From: Ascidiella aspersa
Lineage: Eukaryota
DNA length: 64,000 bases
Direction: 5' to 3'
Assembly (NCBI GenBank): GCA_963924565.1
Contig: OZ004609.1
Location: 20,026,001 to 20,090,000 of the forward strand
The translations under genes were made by a program, and so were the position numbers. How positions within the stretch are numbered: the first letter of the stretch is position 1; every line of letters starts with the position of its first letter. Below, piece after piece: positions 37,901 through 51,713 of this stretch. A model generated the notes under the pieces. It was not told the DNA's origin, did no database searches, and worked only from the letters and a program-made list of their open reading frames with translations.

Positions 37901-40900
37901 TATGTGGACTGTTTAAGTTGTATTTTGATTCCAGTTAAACTCTGTCTAAAAGCACTGAGGTACACCTTACCAAATGACAATTACCTCACATTTGCCATGA
38001 AGTGGTACAGTAGTAGACATGCACCGGGTGCTCTAAATGGAAGCAAAATGGAGTGGTCCCTTTTTGTTGATTCCCTGATGGAATATTTGGGCTACACTGG
38101 AATGGGGATGTTTTCTCTTCACCCAACCGCATGTGGCGAATCAATGAATGTAGGCTGAGCTGCAATGTGTATACTTTAAATAGATTAAGCCTTCGAAAGT
38201 GTTTGTTTAAGTAATAACTTTACAGCAACTGATTTTTATGATATAGTTCTTAATTTTCCACTACACTACTCTCTTGGTAATCACGTAATAGGTTAAACTT
38301 AACTAAAATATGACTTGTTTCTTTAGTTTGACATGTCTGCCTCTCCAGCTGTTGCTGCTAAAAAATCAAGGCCAACTGAGAAATGTGACTCCAAGGTTTG
38401 TTTAAGATTGTAACTAATTGACCACATTTTATTTAATAAAGTAAATTTTGTTGTTTTTTGAAGGGTTTTGCCAGTTACAATATAGTTTAAAAAATGACGC
38501 TTGACATTCCTATGCTTCCATAAGTAGTAATTTGTTTGTTTTTCCCTTTTGTGTTGCGAGTATTTGTTATATATTGTTGGTATAACATCTAACATAATTT
38601 TTTTTACCTAACAACTGCCAGACATGTCTTTTTTAATGTAACCTACAGGACTGGGAATACCTGTTGGAGAGCTCTTATCACAAGCAAAATGTTGGTTTTA
38701 ATTGCAGTGGTGACAGCAATATGGATGCAATTTTTTCATACAACATGGGAAGCCTGGTACTATCATACAATATTTATAAAGAATTATGTTACTTTTGTAT
38801 GTAAACAAGAAGTATATCTATTAACTAACCAAATTACATGTTGAAATGGTTGGCATATAGTTGTTACAAGTTTTTAGTTGTTTAAAGGTTAGCTTTATTT
38901 AAAGAATTGTATTTTCTTTAATAGGGCCATTCAATTACCAAGAGAAAGAGCATGGATGGTTCTTTGCTGGGAGATTCGGTTCATTTAAACAATAATGTAC
39001 TTTTGCCTGTGTTTTCCTGTTTGCATCTGGTATATGAGGTAAATACTATTTTCTAATTTAGGATAACACTTAATCAAACTTACATTTTGTTATGTTTTTT
39101 GTATCTTTACACAACCATTTTTTATGTGATAGGAACAAAAGCTAAACCAGCTAACATGGCACAATTTAACTCTTATGTCTCCACTGTTATTCCGATTTGC
39201 CCAGGACCTGAACCAATTTAAGTTTCTTTACACTTATGCATTGGACAATCCGTCACTTATGCCCATGTATTTGTTTTCAAAAGTTATGGAAGAGGACAAT
39301 TTGACCCATGAGGAAGGTAGGGTTTAGATTTTTTTTAAATAAAGGCTATTGCTTTCTGGTGTTTTTGTAATATTTGTTGGATCGTTAATAGTTTTGAATG
39401 TTTCTTTCTTTATCAAAGTGTTTATTTTATGTTCTAAATAATAAACATATATAGTCATTTTTTACTTTCTTTCTTGGCCTAGCTCATTTTTTTTCCAATT
39501 ATTTTCCCTTTTTCAAAGATCTGGGACTTCGCATGCCTGGTTCTTTTTCATCCAAACTTGACCCATCTGTGTTTGAAAACCTGGATGAAATTGTTAGAGT
39601 TGGATCGTGCAAATCACCCATACCATACATTCCTGGTGTTACTGTTAGAATTGAAACTGTGCTTAAGGTTGTTTTTAGATGTTCTGATTTCGAATTGCTC
39701 TTAACACCTATTTTGTTAAAGTCATAATCCAAGTAGTTTTTAAGTTTGCTACTAATTTTTTGAGGTTTTTTATTTTTTGGTTAGTATTGAAAAATGGTAA
39801 TATTGCTTAGGTCTGGGAATGCTTGTATAATACTTCAGATGAACCAAATATTACTGTTTTTGCCCCTTTGATGAAAACTACTTTTAAGTGAGTATCCGTT
39901 TTCTATATTTTGTATTTTTGATGTACTTTTTGTTACCACTGCGTTTACAATTACATGTATCAATTTTTTTTTACTCGGATTCAACTAAATAGCTAAATGT
40001 TGTTTAATTATTTACCAAGCGTCATTATTCTCGAGCAGTGGTTAGTAAAGTGCGGTTTGGGGGTAGTTGCACCAGCCTGTCTGGGGGTCGCCATGAACTG
40101 TTTGTCGAACTTAAAATTGCCAATAAATAGTAAAGAACGACCGCCTAGCAATTGTGGTGATATCACTTGTTTCAGTGAACCAGTGTTGTTTATTGTTAAG
40201 CTAAAAAGTTTTCCGATTCTATGGAAAGTAAATTTTTTATTGTTACGTTATAAGCGCACAAGACATTTTTTGGGGGATAAAAAAGTCGTTATGACGCAAA
40301 AAACTAACAAACATGAACGTTAGTAACTTGTGCATGTTTTGGACGTCATTCCGGACATTCTTGTCGAATTTTAAAGAAATTTATCCAGAAATGTGAACAT
40401 TTTGGCAAATCGTATTTTGTAAGTTGGTTTATGTGTACCGCACCAAAGTTTTCGAAACTGAAAGGAGGTTTGTGACAGCAAAACTTTTTAGAATCACTGT
40501 TTTAGATAATAACCCATTAGTCTTTGAAATTTTTACGAATATTCTAGCACGCAGATGGAAAACACCTCTAATTTGGGTGGGAAATTTATTTTTCACTTTT
40601 TTCCAAAGTTAAAGTTTTAACATAACAATTAACAAAACTCCTGCTTACAGCGTAACTTTTAGACCATCAGAAAAAACAAAATAGCCAAATTTAATCTAAC
40701 TAAGCAAACCTACTATATATTACGCTTCAATTTTATAGGCTTGCCGTTTGTTTTTCTGACCAAGTCCGTTGTTAACATCAATCTACTATTTTTTAGTCTC
40801 TCTCAATGCTGCAATGACCGGACAGATAAAATTATAAAAGATTCTAGCAAGACAAGGGAAGAACGAGTACTTTCTTTTCTTGTCGCTGCCGGGGTAAACC

Positions 40901-43900
40901 GTGACAGCCTTTCAACATGGCCTGGCGCTTTTTCCATGGCAGTATACAACGCACTGGACGTCTGTTCTACAAATCCAGATATTTCTCTATCATCTGAAGC
41001 CCTTGAATTGTTAGGTGAACAATATTTAACTATTACAACTTTCTATTTTATTGATCATTTTTCATGTGACTTTTGCTATATGTCAGTTCGACTTTAGTGC
41101 GCTTTTATGGTGTTTTACTTGTGTCGACATTCTTTCTTTTCGTTCCTATTTAATTGTTTTCGAAAAAAAAATGCTGAACAGCATTAAAAAAAGTTGCAAT
41201 GTTTGTCCCATTTGTAAACCACTTTTGAACAAGTGTGCTTTTGTAAATAACGGTACTTTCGTTATCAGGACGCACTGATTTGGTGGCACAAATCCAACCC
41301 AATGCCGGCGATTGGAAACACGCAAAGCTCTGTTCTTCCACTGATCCGATGCGCTCGGCATGGCAGGGTAGTGACAATGGACCTCACGAGGATCAGCATG
41401 AAGAAGACCAAGAACTTCTTGATCTCCTAAAGGTCGATGACAACACACTGCCTGAAGAAAATGGACATACTGCTACTCCGACTACGGACGATAATGTAAC
41501 GAGGTTAGAAATATTTTTTAAACATTACATGAAGCAAGTTGTTTTTACGCAACGTGTTGTCCATTCTATTAATTACCGGGCTTTAATTTTCAGCTAAAAT
41601 ATTTTTTAAGTGTCAATAGTGGCGGCAGCTGCGCATAATTAAAAAAACTGTCTCTTATAGGTTGTTGTTTCACACTGATCATCGCATGGCCGATGCACAC
41701 AACCTTCTTCAATCAACCAAGCCGGCAAAAATTTTCCTGCAACAGCAAATTCGCATAGAGTAAGAATTCAATTTATGTCGAATCCATTAGAACATGTTTT
41801 ACTTGAGTTATCACTATATTTACGCCAGACTTGTTGTTGCAGTGATCGGGAGTACATGGAACAAAAGCAATATCGTTTAGTCCAACTTCTAAACAGAACA
41901 CTGGCTCTATCAGTAGGAAGAGGGATGTTGCATTATAGGTTTGATTATTCAGGGCTATATATTTTGGTCACAACACAACAATATTTGTATTCTGTAAATT
42001 GCCCCAGATCAGACTTGGACAACTAGATAATTCTGGTTTTCTAATTCAATGAATTAGAGCAAAATGCGGCTAATTCTAATCTAATTTGTGAATTGCTTGT
42101 GTGCTCGAATTCTAGTTCTAATCTAATTCGGATTTTACCAAAAATCCTACTTTCTCCAACGACATTTTTAGTCTTTTAGTGAAAACAAAGAATTTGAATT
42201 CAAACTCTTTGGTTGAAACATAATTTTTACGGACTAAAAATCATATGCTATGCTAAAATGCTTTAAAATTAGCACACACATAATTGACATGCACATTCCT
42301 ATTAAAATACTTCTCGATTTAAATGTAATTGAGTGTGAATCATAAAATGTAATTTTAGTTTAAATTCTAGTTCAAATTCGTTTTTTTAAGAATTCGGTAA
42401 TTATAATTATAATCTAATTTGAGAAAACTCAAAATGATCTAAATCTAATTCTAATCGAATTTGGAAAAAACTGAAATGCTCTAATTTTAATTCTAATCTA
42501 ATTTAAAAAAGCTAAAATAAATCTAGTTGTCCAAGTCTGCCCCAGATTACCACATTTCTTACCGAAGCAATGTATGTTAGAGGAGCACAGTCAATTAGCC
42601 AATATTATATGTTTGTCCCAGACTATGAAACAAACAATTAACCAGGCCACGCGTACAGAAAAAAACAGTAAAGAACCAATACCTCGATGGTCATAACTAC
42701 CCGTTGTTTATTCAGATTTTTTGCAATGAGTAAACAAGGCGTTTACCTTATTTACTTTCGCTGTCCCGTAAATAAGCAATAAGATAACTGTTTATTTGTC
42801 ATCACAAATTCAACAAAATGGGTTAAGCCAGCTCTGATTGACCCACATAAATAAAAAAAACGTTCAGTAGGCTTATTTCATGAAGAATGTGTCAAAAGTA
42901 TTTAGTTGGCCTCTATTTACCTGGCTTTCATATTACTGCATTGGGTACTGTTGCGTATCGGGTCTCGCTCTTTTGGTTGCATGGCAAAGTATCCATTCTC
43001 ATAAACATCACAGTTCGGTCCTGATGTGTATTAAAGCCAGTAACACACTTTTATTTAACTATTTTCAGGAGCCAAGTTCCTTCAAGTACTGATACTGTTG
43101 ACGTTCCACCTTTAGATCTTACAGGAAAAGACGTTGAGTAGGTTTAATAGGAGCTACCTTTACCCAAAGCTATAGTAAAACGCACATACTTATTTCTTTG
43201 CAGTGATTTTTGTATTGCGTATTGCGTTACGGGGATAATAATTGATAACGATATTGTTACAATCAACCTTATAATGATCGAATGTCGATCACTTTACATG
43301 TGCTTCCTGTTTTGTAGCAACTCCACAATAACTCTGGCTAACAGCGAAACGGAACTTCCTTCTGAAACTGTTGAGTGGCCATATTTCCACAATGGGGTCG
43401 CTGCTGCTTTGTCTCTCTGTCCAACGCAGGTATATAACGGATACTCTTACAACGCATTATTTGTATGTGGTTTCATTAATTTTTTTCTTACTATTGGTTG
43501 TATTTTTTTTTATAAATGACCTAGTGGTCTTAATGATTTTTCAGAAAAAGTCTTGGCTTCAAGCTAAAGCACCGAGGAGCGATAGTCACAGTGAATCAGC
43601 TGTTGTCGAACCGTCAACTGATCATGCCGGTCGGTAAATTTACAATCGTGCTTCTCTTGAAAATTTAAATTAAAAATACTAAATAACAACAATGCATTAA
43701 TAAATGTTGCCTCTCTGTTAAAGGTGTTTTGCTTGGTCTCGGCTTGAATAACCATCTACAGGATCTACAAACCCTTAATGTGCACGATTACTTACAAAAG
43801 ATCCATGAGCCAACGACTATCGGTCTCTTGCTGGGACTGGCCAGTGACAAGTAGATATAAGTTGATTATACATACCTTTTAAAAATGTTTAGATAGTGCA

Positions 43901-46900
43901 GAAATGGCGAGCGCCAGACCCGAGGGTCAGAAAGTGGCCTATTCCAGATTTTCAGCGACCAACTTGACATCTATAAACATTTAACAACGAAATGTTATGA
44001 AATATTTATACAAGAATAAATGTTTCACTAAATGTTTGTAACAAGTCAAGAATTTTCAACATCTTAATAAATTGTTTAGATGTGGTAGCTGCGATTTATC
44101 CACGATGCGGGTCTTAAGTGTGCACATATCGGCCCTGTTGCCTGCCACTTCCACTCAACTTGACATCCCATACAGAGTTCAAACTGCGGCGGTCACAGCC
44201 GTGGGCTTTCTCTACATGGGTTCTTCTCAGCGATTGGTGGCGGAGGTCATGCTGAAAGAAATTGGTTGGTCCTAATCGTTTTCACATTATTTAAAAGTTT
44301 ATTTTTATTTTTTTTAAGCTGTCGGAAAAGTTCAAAGCTTTACTTCCAACCATTTCTGGAGATTTTACGTTTTCTATAGAAATGTGTTTCTTTTTAGATC
44401 GTACCCCAAACAGCGACAGTGAGGTTTGCACAGAGCGCGAATCTTATGCCTTAAGTGCTGGCTTTGCATTAGGTCTCGTAACCTTGGGCAAGGGCGACGG
44501 AATGCCAGAACTATCTGACTTGAACATGTCAGATCAACTTTTCTATTACATGACTGGAAAGCACAAGAGGAACAGAACTGTTGTTCATTGGTATGATGGC
44601 GGGCAGTTACATGATTACATTTTGTCATAAAGTTATTTTTTAATTAACGTTCACTAATGTGCAAAACCGTTGCTTAAACTGGAATACTACCACCCACTTT
44701 TTTAGGTCTCATGAGGCGTACAGCCCGAGTCACAACACTGGTTCGTACAGTGAACACCAAATATTGGAAGGGGATCATGTAAACACTGAAGTAACTGGTC
44801 CTGGGGCAACAGTGGCCCTCGCCCTTATGTATTTAAAGACCAACAACAGGTAGAAATTGTTTCCCAATGTTTTAAAGTTTTATGTAGAATACCGTTGAAC
44901 ATCCCCCCCCAATCTTAAATTACTTAACCATAAAAACTATAGATAATAACTGTCTTGCCCTGCCGGTTAACAGTTATCTTCCTGTCTTGATATAGTGCTG
45001 TTGCAGACTGGTTTATTGCGCCAAATACTATAAACCTGCTAGAGTCGATTAAACCCCAGCAACTACTCCTGAGGACGATGAGCAGGGCAATCATTCTGTG
45101 GGATCAGATCACGCCTTCCGTTGAATGGGTTAGTAAATAGTTAAAACCGATACATATTCTTGTCTAAAGCTTAGCATACCGGGACAAATCTATTTTTCTT
45201 TTGTGTAGAATTTGTTGGTTAAGCTGGTTATCCTATTGGTATTGGGTTTTAAACAACGTGATTGGCGTCTTACTTGTTTTGTTATTAGGTTGAAAGTCAC
45301 ATCCCGTCAGTAATCAGCTCACATCTGACTGAGTCCGGATTGACAAGTGCTGGCGACGGCGAGTTCGACGAGCACACAATTTTACAATGTCACTCCTCTA
45401 TCATCGCCGGCGCTTGTGTCGCCCTCGGTTTAAGGTTGTACATTTAGTGAATTATAATTTTTTCCAAAAAAAATATTTTTCTTGAAAATGTTTGTACTTT
45501 TATTCGTTATTTATGTTTAGTTTAACAATCTTTTTTCAATTGACAATGTTGTAGGTTTTCGTTTTTCATTTTCAGGTATGCCGGTTCCCAAGAGAAAACT
45601 GCTTACCAAACCTTGCTTCATTTCGTAAATTTCTTTTTATCTCTCTCAAACCAGTCTCAGCTAGACAACCCCATGAATCCACTTGAGGTTAGATGTAGTT
45701 TTACCCGATAGGTTATAATGATGCCTTATTCTTGCCGATTTTCTTGTATGGCTTATTAAAACTTAAATATTGTTTCTAATGGATAATTAATTGCAAAGAA
45801 TCCCATAACTTAACACCCTGTTACGATATTTTGATAGTATTTTACAAATTTGTTTAGGTGATTGGTCGACGTTTGTTTGACACTTGTTTGAGTTCGTGTC
45901 TAATTTCCCTGTGTATGGTTGTGGCTGGGAGTGGCAATTTAAAAGCGCTTCAGGTTTGTAATTTGCATTTATTTAAGCTTACGTTCTCGTAGGACATGTA
46001 ACAATAGTTCCTGCGAGACTGTACTTACCTCATCACAATGTGCAATTTGCCTGATTACAGATTTGCAGATTTCTGCATTACAGCACCGAAGGGGAAGTTA
46101 ATTATGGTACTCAGATGGCGGTACATATGGGTTTGGGATTTCTGTTTTTGGGAAAATGCAGGTAAACTAATATAATATGAATTAAATACGTTTTTGTGAT
46201 GGTTAAGCGTGTTCTAATGCAGTTATCATAGTAGGCCAGGTAATAAATTCATCTATATTTTATGAATTCTTTAGATATACGTTAAGTACCACTGACAAGG
46301 CGGTGGCCGCTCTGCTGATTTCCATATACCCCTGCTTTCCTGCAAAAAGTTGTGACAATCGATATCACTTGCAGGTAATTATACTAGTTAGTAATAAAGT
46401 GTGCAAAACAATGTTAGTTTGCCGATAAATATTTACGTATGGTCGAAAATTTCATGACAGTGTGCATGTGTACTAATATGTAAAATTGGATGAAAAATAT
46501 ATAAAACGAAGGTGAGCAACTGTCTCAAATGGAAAGCGTTATAATAACCAGCTCGAATCTGTTAGAATTAATAAAAATGCAACGTGTGTTTAATTTGGTA
46601 AATATGTTGGTAACTGTTTTTTACGAAATCGCTAGATTTGTTGACAGTTAATTTATTAGTTGTATCTAAAAATTTACCTTCTATGGTTGAGCGGTGTAGC
46701 TTTACCTTAGGCGCGATACGTAAAATACCTCAAATTTAGATAAATCCGTAAGTTAGTTTTATTGTAATGATTCATGTTGTGTAGGCGCTCAGGCACATGT
46801 ACGCAATGGCAGCTGAAAACCGCCTACTCATTCCTATTGACGTATCGCATCAACGTCCCTGCTACGCTCGTGTCAATATAAAGTATTTGCCAACACACAA

Positions 46901-49210
46901 ACATTCCGGTGTGTCCATCAAAAGTATGGCCCCTTGCATGTTACCGGAGGCAGACTTCTTGCAATCGGTAGGTGTATTATTTGTCGTTCTAAACTTAAGA
47001 ACAATCACGTAAATATTAAAATCGCATAGCAACCTTTTTACTATTGCCTTTAAATCGTTAACGTTTAATTCGTGGAAAAAATGGATTTGTGAAACTTTAT
47101 AGTCCTCCCTTTATGTCTGACTCATCAGTTTTATAGTTTTTTTCATGATGATTCGTTTCCTATATTAGGTATCTGTTGAAGATGAAAGGTACTGGCCAAT
47201 GCACATTGATGTACAGAAGCATCCTAAAAAACTTGAAGATGTCTTAAACAACGGTATATATGTCAAGCTTAAATCTGGCTGCCTATCGTATATCCAGGAC
47301 CCCAAGGTAAAAACCTCGTTAAGAGTAGAATTGTCTTGTTTATTATTATTATTATTTTCTTCCAGGGCTACTGTAGTTTCTTGAGTCATCCGGAGAGTTC
47401 CATGAAAATAACTCATTGTTCCAGACCATCTATCCTCCATGAAAATATTCCAAACTTGCTCGCACAATTATGTCATGGCGGTAATTTTAAAATTCGAACA
47501 TAAAATATTAGTTTCTTTGCTGTTAAAGCTAGTTTTCCTTTCTTTTTATATGCAGACGTGAATGAAACGAACGTTACCATGTCTCGTATGGTTTCGTTAT
47601 CATCAGAAATTCAAAATTCGACGTTGTTTTTCGTATTCTTGGGACTATTTGAGGTGAATTACTTTGCATTGCCTGAGGAAACTCCTTGGTTTAGCCCAGC
47701 GGCCTATATGTAACTGAAACCTCTATCTTATCATCTATTCTGCTTTACAAAATTATCCTGTTTTACGATTTTGCCTTAGACTCTACAATCTCCATTCATG
47801 TAATTGCTAACTCCAAGTTCGGGATGCACTATCAATCGGTTGTTGTTATTTTAGCCATTTAATGAGCATTATCAATTTCTGGTTGTAATACTTTAACGAT
47901 ATACAAAGCAATATGGGGTATTACATCGCGAAATGTATATTTTTGTTGATTGATTAACATTAACAATGTACCAATGAAAATAAGAATGCGACCGTAATTT
48001 TTACATTTATAATCGTAATAACTGTTGTTTAAAAAGAAATTTTCTCTGGACGTGCAGCTTTCAACAGCGAATATTCAGGTAAAACGGATTTTTTGAGGCA
48101 CCGCGGCTATACCAAGCACCTCTATTATGGCAAACTAAGTTGCCGTAGATTCTAATTGGTTTAGAAATTGTTATAATACTGTGGCTATTTTTAGGAATGA
48201 GAACATGGTAAATATTGAGCGGATACAGAGTCATAAATGTTTATTATTTCTTAAATGTATCCACTTTATCTATGGCCCTATGTTGCGCAACCGGCGGGAA
48301 GCACGACCCACGGGCGTAACATTTCAAAACGTCCTTCATTGCAGGATTTGTTTTGCTTAATGCCAAACAAAGTTTCACTGTTTATAGTTTTCAAGCAGCC
48401 TTTAGCTGGCACGCCAATATTCCGGGTATATTATAACGTACATTGTCGTGATCTAAATGTCACCATTAATTGAAGTTTGCCAATGAATAAACGATAATTA
48501 GTTTTCCAAACCGCCCCGTAAAATTAATTCTGCCTTTCCGCTTTAAATAGGTTGTGCCCGCTAATTATTGACAGTGTGCAAATAAATCATTAAAAACTGT
48601 GCATTACTATCTGATTGTTTCAAAATTTTACGCCTACGCATATAATGTTGTTTTCAGACTTGCTGTGGAATGGACTTAAGCCATAGCTCTACTCTTTCTA
48701 TGTGGCAAATCCGTCTTGCTTCCTCACTCTTAGAAAAATCCTCAGATAAAGTACAAAAAGCCTTAATTGCTGTTATTCGAACGAGGCTTGCAGAAAACTT
48801 CGAACATCAAACATCAGGTCTGTGATATTTTGTTTCATATTAGTTGTTGTAATAAGACCTTTAAACTTTAACTTTGAATGCCTTTTTATATATTAGCTAA
48901 ATTTAAAAATTGTGTTTCTTTTTAAGAACATTTAAAGCATACTTTGCTGACACTGCTTGGTACGAAGAAACCAGAACAATACATAGACAATGAAAACAAC
49001 TTTTTTGATATGCAACGGACATCCTGTTACTTGGTGTACAACAACATTAGTCACACACTCACCAGTAACATAAGACGCAATAAACTTGGGCCTTCCGACC
49101 AAACCTTCGCTACTGGAACCTTACGCGAGCGTTTGCTATGTCTTAAGAAGTTAAATGGTCTTCCTAAAGATATACGACTTCAAATTTGGAAAACTCTATG
49201 TTTAAACTAG
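31938..49210 (+). CDS. ANAPC1: Anaphase-promoting complex subunit 1 (APC1), 41 coding exons, ~1,990 aa
   Basis: Exons: 31938(or in-frame ATG 31929)-32004, 32289-32389, 32693-32824, 33540-33704, 34204-34375, 34583-34755, 35020-35258, 35431-35615, 35830-36005, 36148-36366, 37377-37584, 37935-38149, 38327-38395, 38649-38756, 38925-39038, 39133-39316, 39519-39667, 39811-39887, 40797-41014, 41269-41503, 41661-41759, 41843-41938, 43069-43137, 43318-43429, 43545-43629, 43724-43850, 44080-44264, 44398-44590, 44706-44849, 44996-45128, 45289-45434, 45576-45687, 45858-45953, 46061-46161, 46275-46374, 46785-46967, 47169-47306, 47366-47480, 47556-47653, 48658-48817, 48927-49210. Frame is preserved (5982 nt). 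Recognisable APC1 motifs: EEELYLSGNTVIWS, FTVDSAVKQAVWCKF, SLPFQV, DWEYLL, RTLALSVGRGM, WPYFHNGVAAAL, ERESYALSAGFALGLV, GPGATVALALMYLKTNN, DNRYHLQALRHMY, SYIQDPKG. Confidence 0.95.
36410..36693 (-). mobile_element. hAT-type MITE family A, copy 2 (ANAPC1 intron 10)
   Basis: Termini cagtggttctcaaact...ttgggaatcactg. 8-bp TSD gcctaaat/gtctaaat (7/8). Reverse-orientation homologue of 24672-24947. Confidence 0.85.
36704..37137. mobile_element. hAT-type MITE with subterminal GACTT(G) repeats
   Basis: Ends tagtcttg.../...cgaacactg, with many gacttga/gacttgg repeats. 8-bp TSD ctaaatac/ctgaatac (7/8). Confidence 0.7.
40036..40499. mobile_element. Old, degenerate hAT-type MITE (ANAPC1 intron 18)
   Basis: Termini cagtggttagtaaagt...actttttagaatcactg. 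TSD only 5/8 (ttctcgag/ttttagat). Confidence 0.45.
42010..42539. mobile_element. hAT-type MITE with perfect 19-bp TIRs and perfect 8-bp TSD (ANAPC1 intron 22)
   Basis: TIR cagacttggacaactagat / atctagttgtccaagtctg. TSD ccccagat at 42002-42009 and 42540-42547. Subterminal TCTAAT repeats. Confidence 0.92.
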
Positions 49211-49211
49211 A

Positions 49212-49217
49212 AATAAA
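49212..49217 (+). terminator. Polyadenylation signal of ANAPC1
   Basis: AATAAA immediately after the TAG stop, followed by a GT/T-rich tract. Confidence 0.7.
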
Positions 49218-50240
49218 AGTCTTTCCAAATGCGTGTTTTTTGGTAGTTACAAAAAAGGATTGTTGATGCAGACTCCTGAAGTCCTGATACTATTCAATAT
49301 AAAATGCAGAACAGTTTGACTTGACATCTTACCGGACTACTACTGCCTATGCACTTCCAGCCAAAGAGTGTTGGATGCACTTACATCAAATTTCTATTGA
49401 GTTTTACACCAAACACAAATAGAAACAGAGACGCTACAATTTAAATAAATATATATAGATGTATATGCTATTTTTCATGGAAACATTTAATTCACAAAAA
49501 GGACTTAAAACGGGCTATACTCTCTAACAGTAAACACAGGCACATCAACAAAGTATACTGGCCAATTTTAGATGTTTACCATGTCAATACAGCATTGTTT
49601 TACCTTATCAGTTGAACAATTAAAATATATATAATATAGACAAATGCAATTCAAAAAAATCAAAAACATATTGATTTAAAGTCAATTGGCGAAACTACGC
49701 AAACATTGTCCAACAATACTAAACATAGAAGTTACATTTTACGACAATAGTTTTTATTGATTTAGACCAGCAGCACAAAACCTTGGTGATATGGCATTAT
49801 ATAAGCAACATTTTTATTATGTAAGTATTTACAATATATAGATATACTCAAAACAATTATCACATTTAACATTTATTTGACAACAGTAATAAACAAGTTG
49901 TTGTAAGATGTTAAATATTTGCCTTATAAGCTGCAAAAAATATTTATTATACAATATACGTCCATAGGTAGCAAAAATATTGAAGAGAATAAATTGTTAC
50001 AGTAAAAGAAAAGTGGTTTCCTTTGCTCATACAGTAAGCAAATTAAAAGTACAAAGCATTGAGTTTTCCTTTTTAAGTAATGGCAAAACTCATTGTTGGC
50101 CAGTACATCTAAATTAATTTGGCAGTTTGCATAATGTTACTTGCTTTTGAATGCTGGGAACAGCTACAAACGAACCTCCATGACCTGCAGCCACAGGTAA
50201 AGTTTAACCCCAAAAGTAGGGCTCCACTTTACACTAATAT

Positions 50241-51713
50241 TTAAAAAAATGGATTTGTAGCTGATGGGGCTTGTGCTGGAGCAGCCATAAAAGGATTAGT
50301 TGCTTGTGCTTGCTGGAAAGGTTTTTGCCCTTGGTTACCCCAACTATTTTGTTGCTGTTGAACCATAAAAGGATTTCCAGCAGGTGCCTGCATCGTAGCT
50401 TGACCAGCAGTTTGCATGAACGGGTTTGAAGGAGCGGCATTCACTTGAGCAAAATGTTGCTGGGGCTGCTGCTGTTGTTGGACAGTTCCGAAATTCCCTT
50501 GTTGTACCGTACCAAACATTTGTGAGCCTTGTGATGTTGCAAAAGGGGTGGGTTGCTGATGTGCTTGAACAGGATTATAGTTACTTGTGGACATACCGTA
50601 ATTTGGTGCACCACCAAAACCACCATTGTTCTGCGGTACATTGCCATAACCAGTCATACCATGGTTATTACCTCCAAAAGACATATTTTGTGGTTGTGAA
50701 CCTACGTTAGGAAACATAGATGCTTGTTGGCTGACCGGTGCAGCCTGGTAGGATGATGCGGCAGAATAAGAAGGAGGTGACATTCCAAATACAGAGTTTA
50801 TCTGAGTGTTGGAGCTTTGTGTTGAATAGGATGACCATCCTAAATCAGAAGTACCAGTGGCAGCAGTGCTAGGGGTTGCAATTGCACTGTTATCCATAGA
50901 AAACAAATCAGCCAGATCAGCATACTTATCAGCAGCTTTTTGTGGAGTTTGATTGGATGTTTGGTTTGTTGTAGTCATTACATTCAAGCCACCAAAACCT
51001 GGGACTGTCTGTGGCTGTTGTGAAGCTTGTTGACCAGATGTGAAGTCCCCAAAAGCATCAAAACCTGATGGTTTAGCTGAAAATGCATTTCCGAAATCTG
51101 CAAAACCACCGGCAGGCTGACTAGCGCTTGGTGCACCAAACACATCTGAAGAAAAGTCAGCTAGAATGTCTGTTTGGGCTTTTGGTGGTGCTTCAACTTT
51201 TGCTGGCTCTTGTTTATTGACTTGAATGGGTGTGTGTTTTTTTCCCAGAATTGTGGACAAAGGTTTAATTTCATTTGCTTTTTGTAACTCGTCAGTAATA
51301 CTGCTTAAGGGCTTTGCAGCTTGTTCCGGTGGTATGTACCACTTTTTTTGTTCATATTTTTGTTCCATGAAATATTTTAACTTTGAATGGTCACTTCGCG
51401 ATTCTGGTTTAGCTCTGGATCGCTCATCATATTTGCCCAAAAATATGTTTTTGCAATAATCATTCCCCCTAGTTTGTATGAAAGCAATTTCAGTTTGTGA
51501 AAAAGTTGCCATTGATACTGACTTGACTCTGTGAGGTGGATTGAGACCTCGTAAAATACCACCACATGACGTGCAAACAAAAGATCCAATGGTAACATCC
51601 ACATAAGTTGGCCCTCTTTGGTCACACTCAAAGCACTTCTTGTTACACTCAATTTGTTGGATCTTTTTTAAAGTCTGTAAATGCTTTTCTTCTAGTTTTC
51701 TTTTAGATGTCAT
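50241..51713 (-). CDS. AGFG1: Arf-GAP domain and FG repeat-containing protein (AGFG1/HRB/RIP, drongo-like), 490 aa, single coding exon
   Basis: Uninterrupted ORF from ATG 51713 (MTSKRKLEEKHL). Contains the ArfGAP zinc finger CFECDQRGPTYV...FVCTSCGGILRGLNPPHRVKS, FG/FADF repeats and four C-terminal NPF motifs ending TNPFF. The ORF-track start at 51758 lies upstream of a splice acceptor (51747-51748) and was not used. Confidence 0.95.
   Translation of the reverse strand: MTSKRKLEEKHLQTLKKIQQIECNKKCFECDQRGPTYVDVTIGSFVCTSCGGILRGLNPPHRVKSVSMATFSQTEIAFIQTRGNDYCKNIFLGKYDERSRAKPESRSDHSKLKYFMEQKYEQKKWYIPPEQAAKPLSSITDELQKANEIKPLSTILGKKHTPIQVNKQEPAKVEAPPKAQTDILADFSSDVFGAPSASQPAGGFADFGNAFSAKPSGFDAFGDFTSGQQASQQPQTVPGFGGLNVMTTTNQTSNQTPQKAADKYADLADLFSMDNSAIATPSTAATGTSDLGWSSYSTQSSNTQINSVFGMSPPSYSAASSYQAAPVSQQASMFPNVGSQPQNMSFGGNNHGMTGYGNVPQNNGGFGGAPNYGMSTSNYNPVQAHQQPTPFATSQGSQMFGTVQQGNFGTVQQQQQPQQHFAQVNAAPSNPFMQTAGQATMQAPAGNPFMVQQQQNSWGNQGQKPFQQAQATNPFMAAPAQAPSATNPFF

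Noticed and set aside
48290-48480. Possible MITE remnant (tatgttgcgcaaccggcggg...) in ANAPC1 intron 39
   Set aside because: Only one terminus-like motif, with no matching TIR or TSD found.
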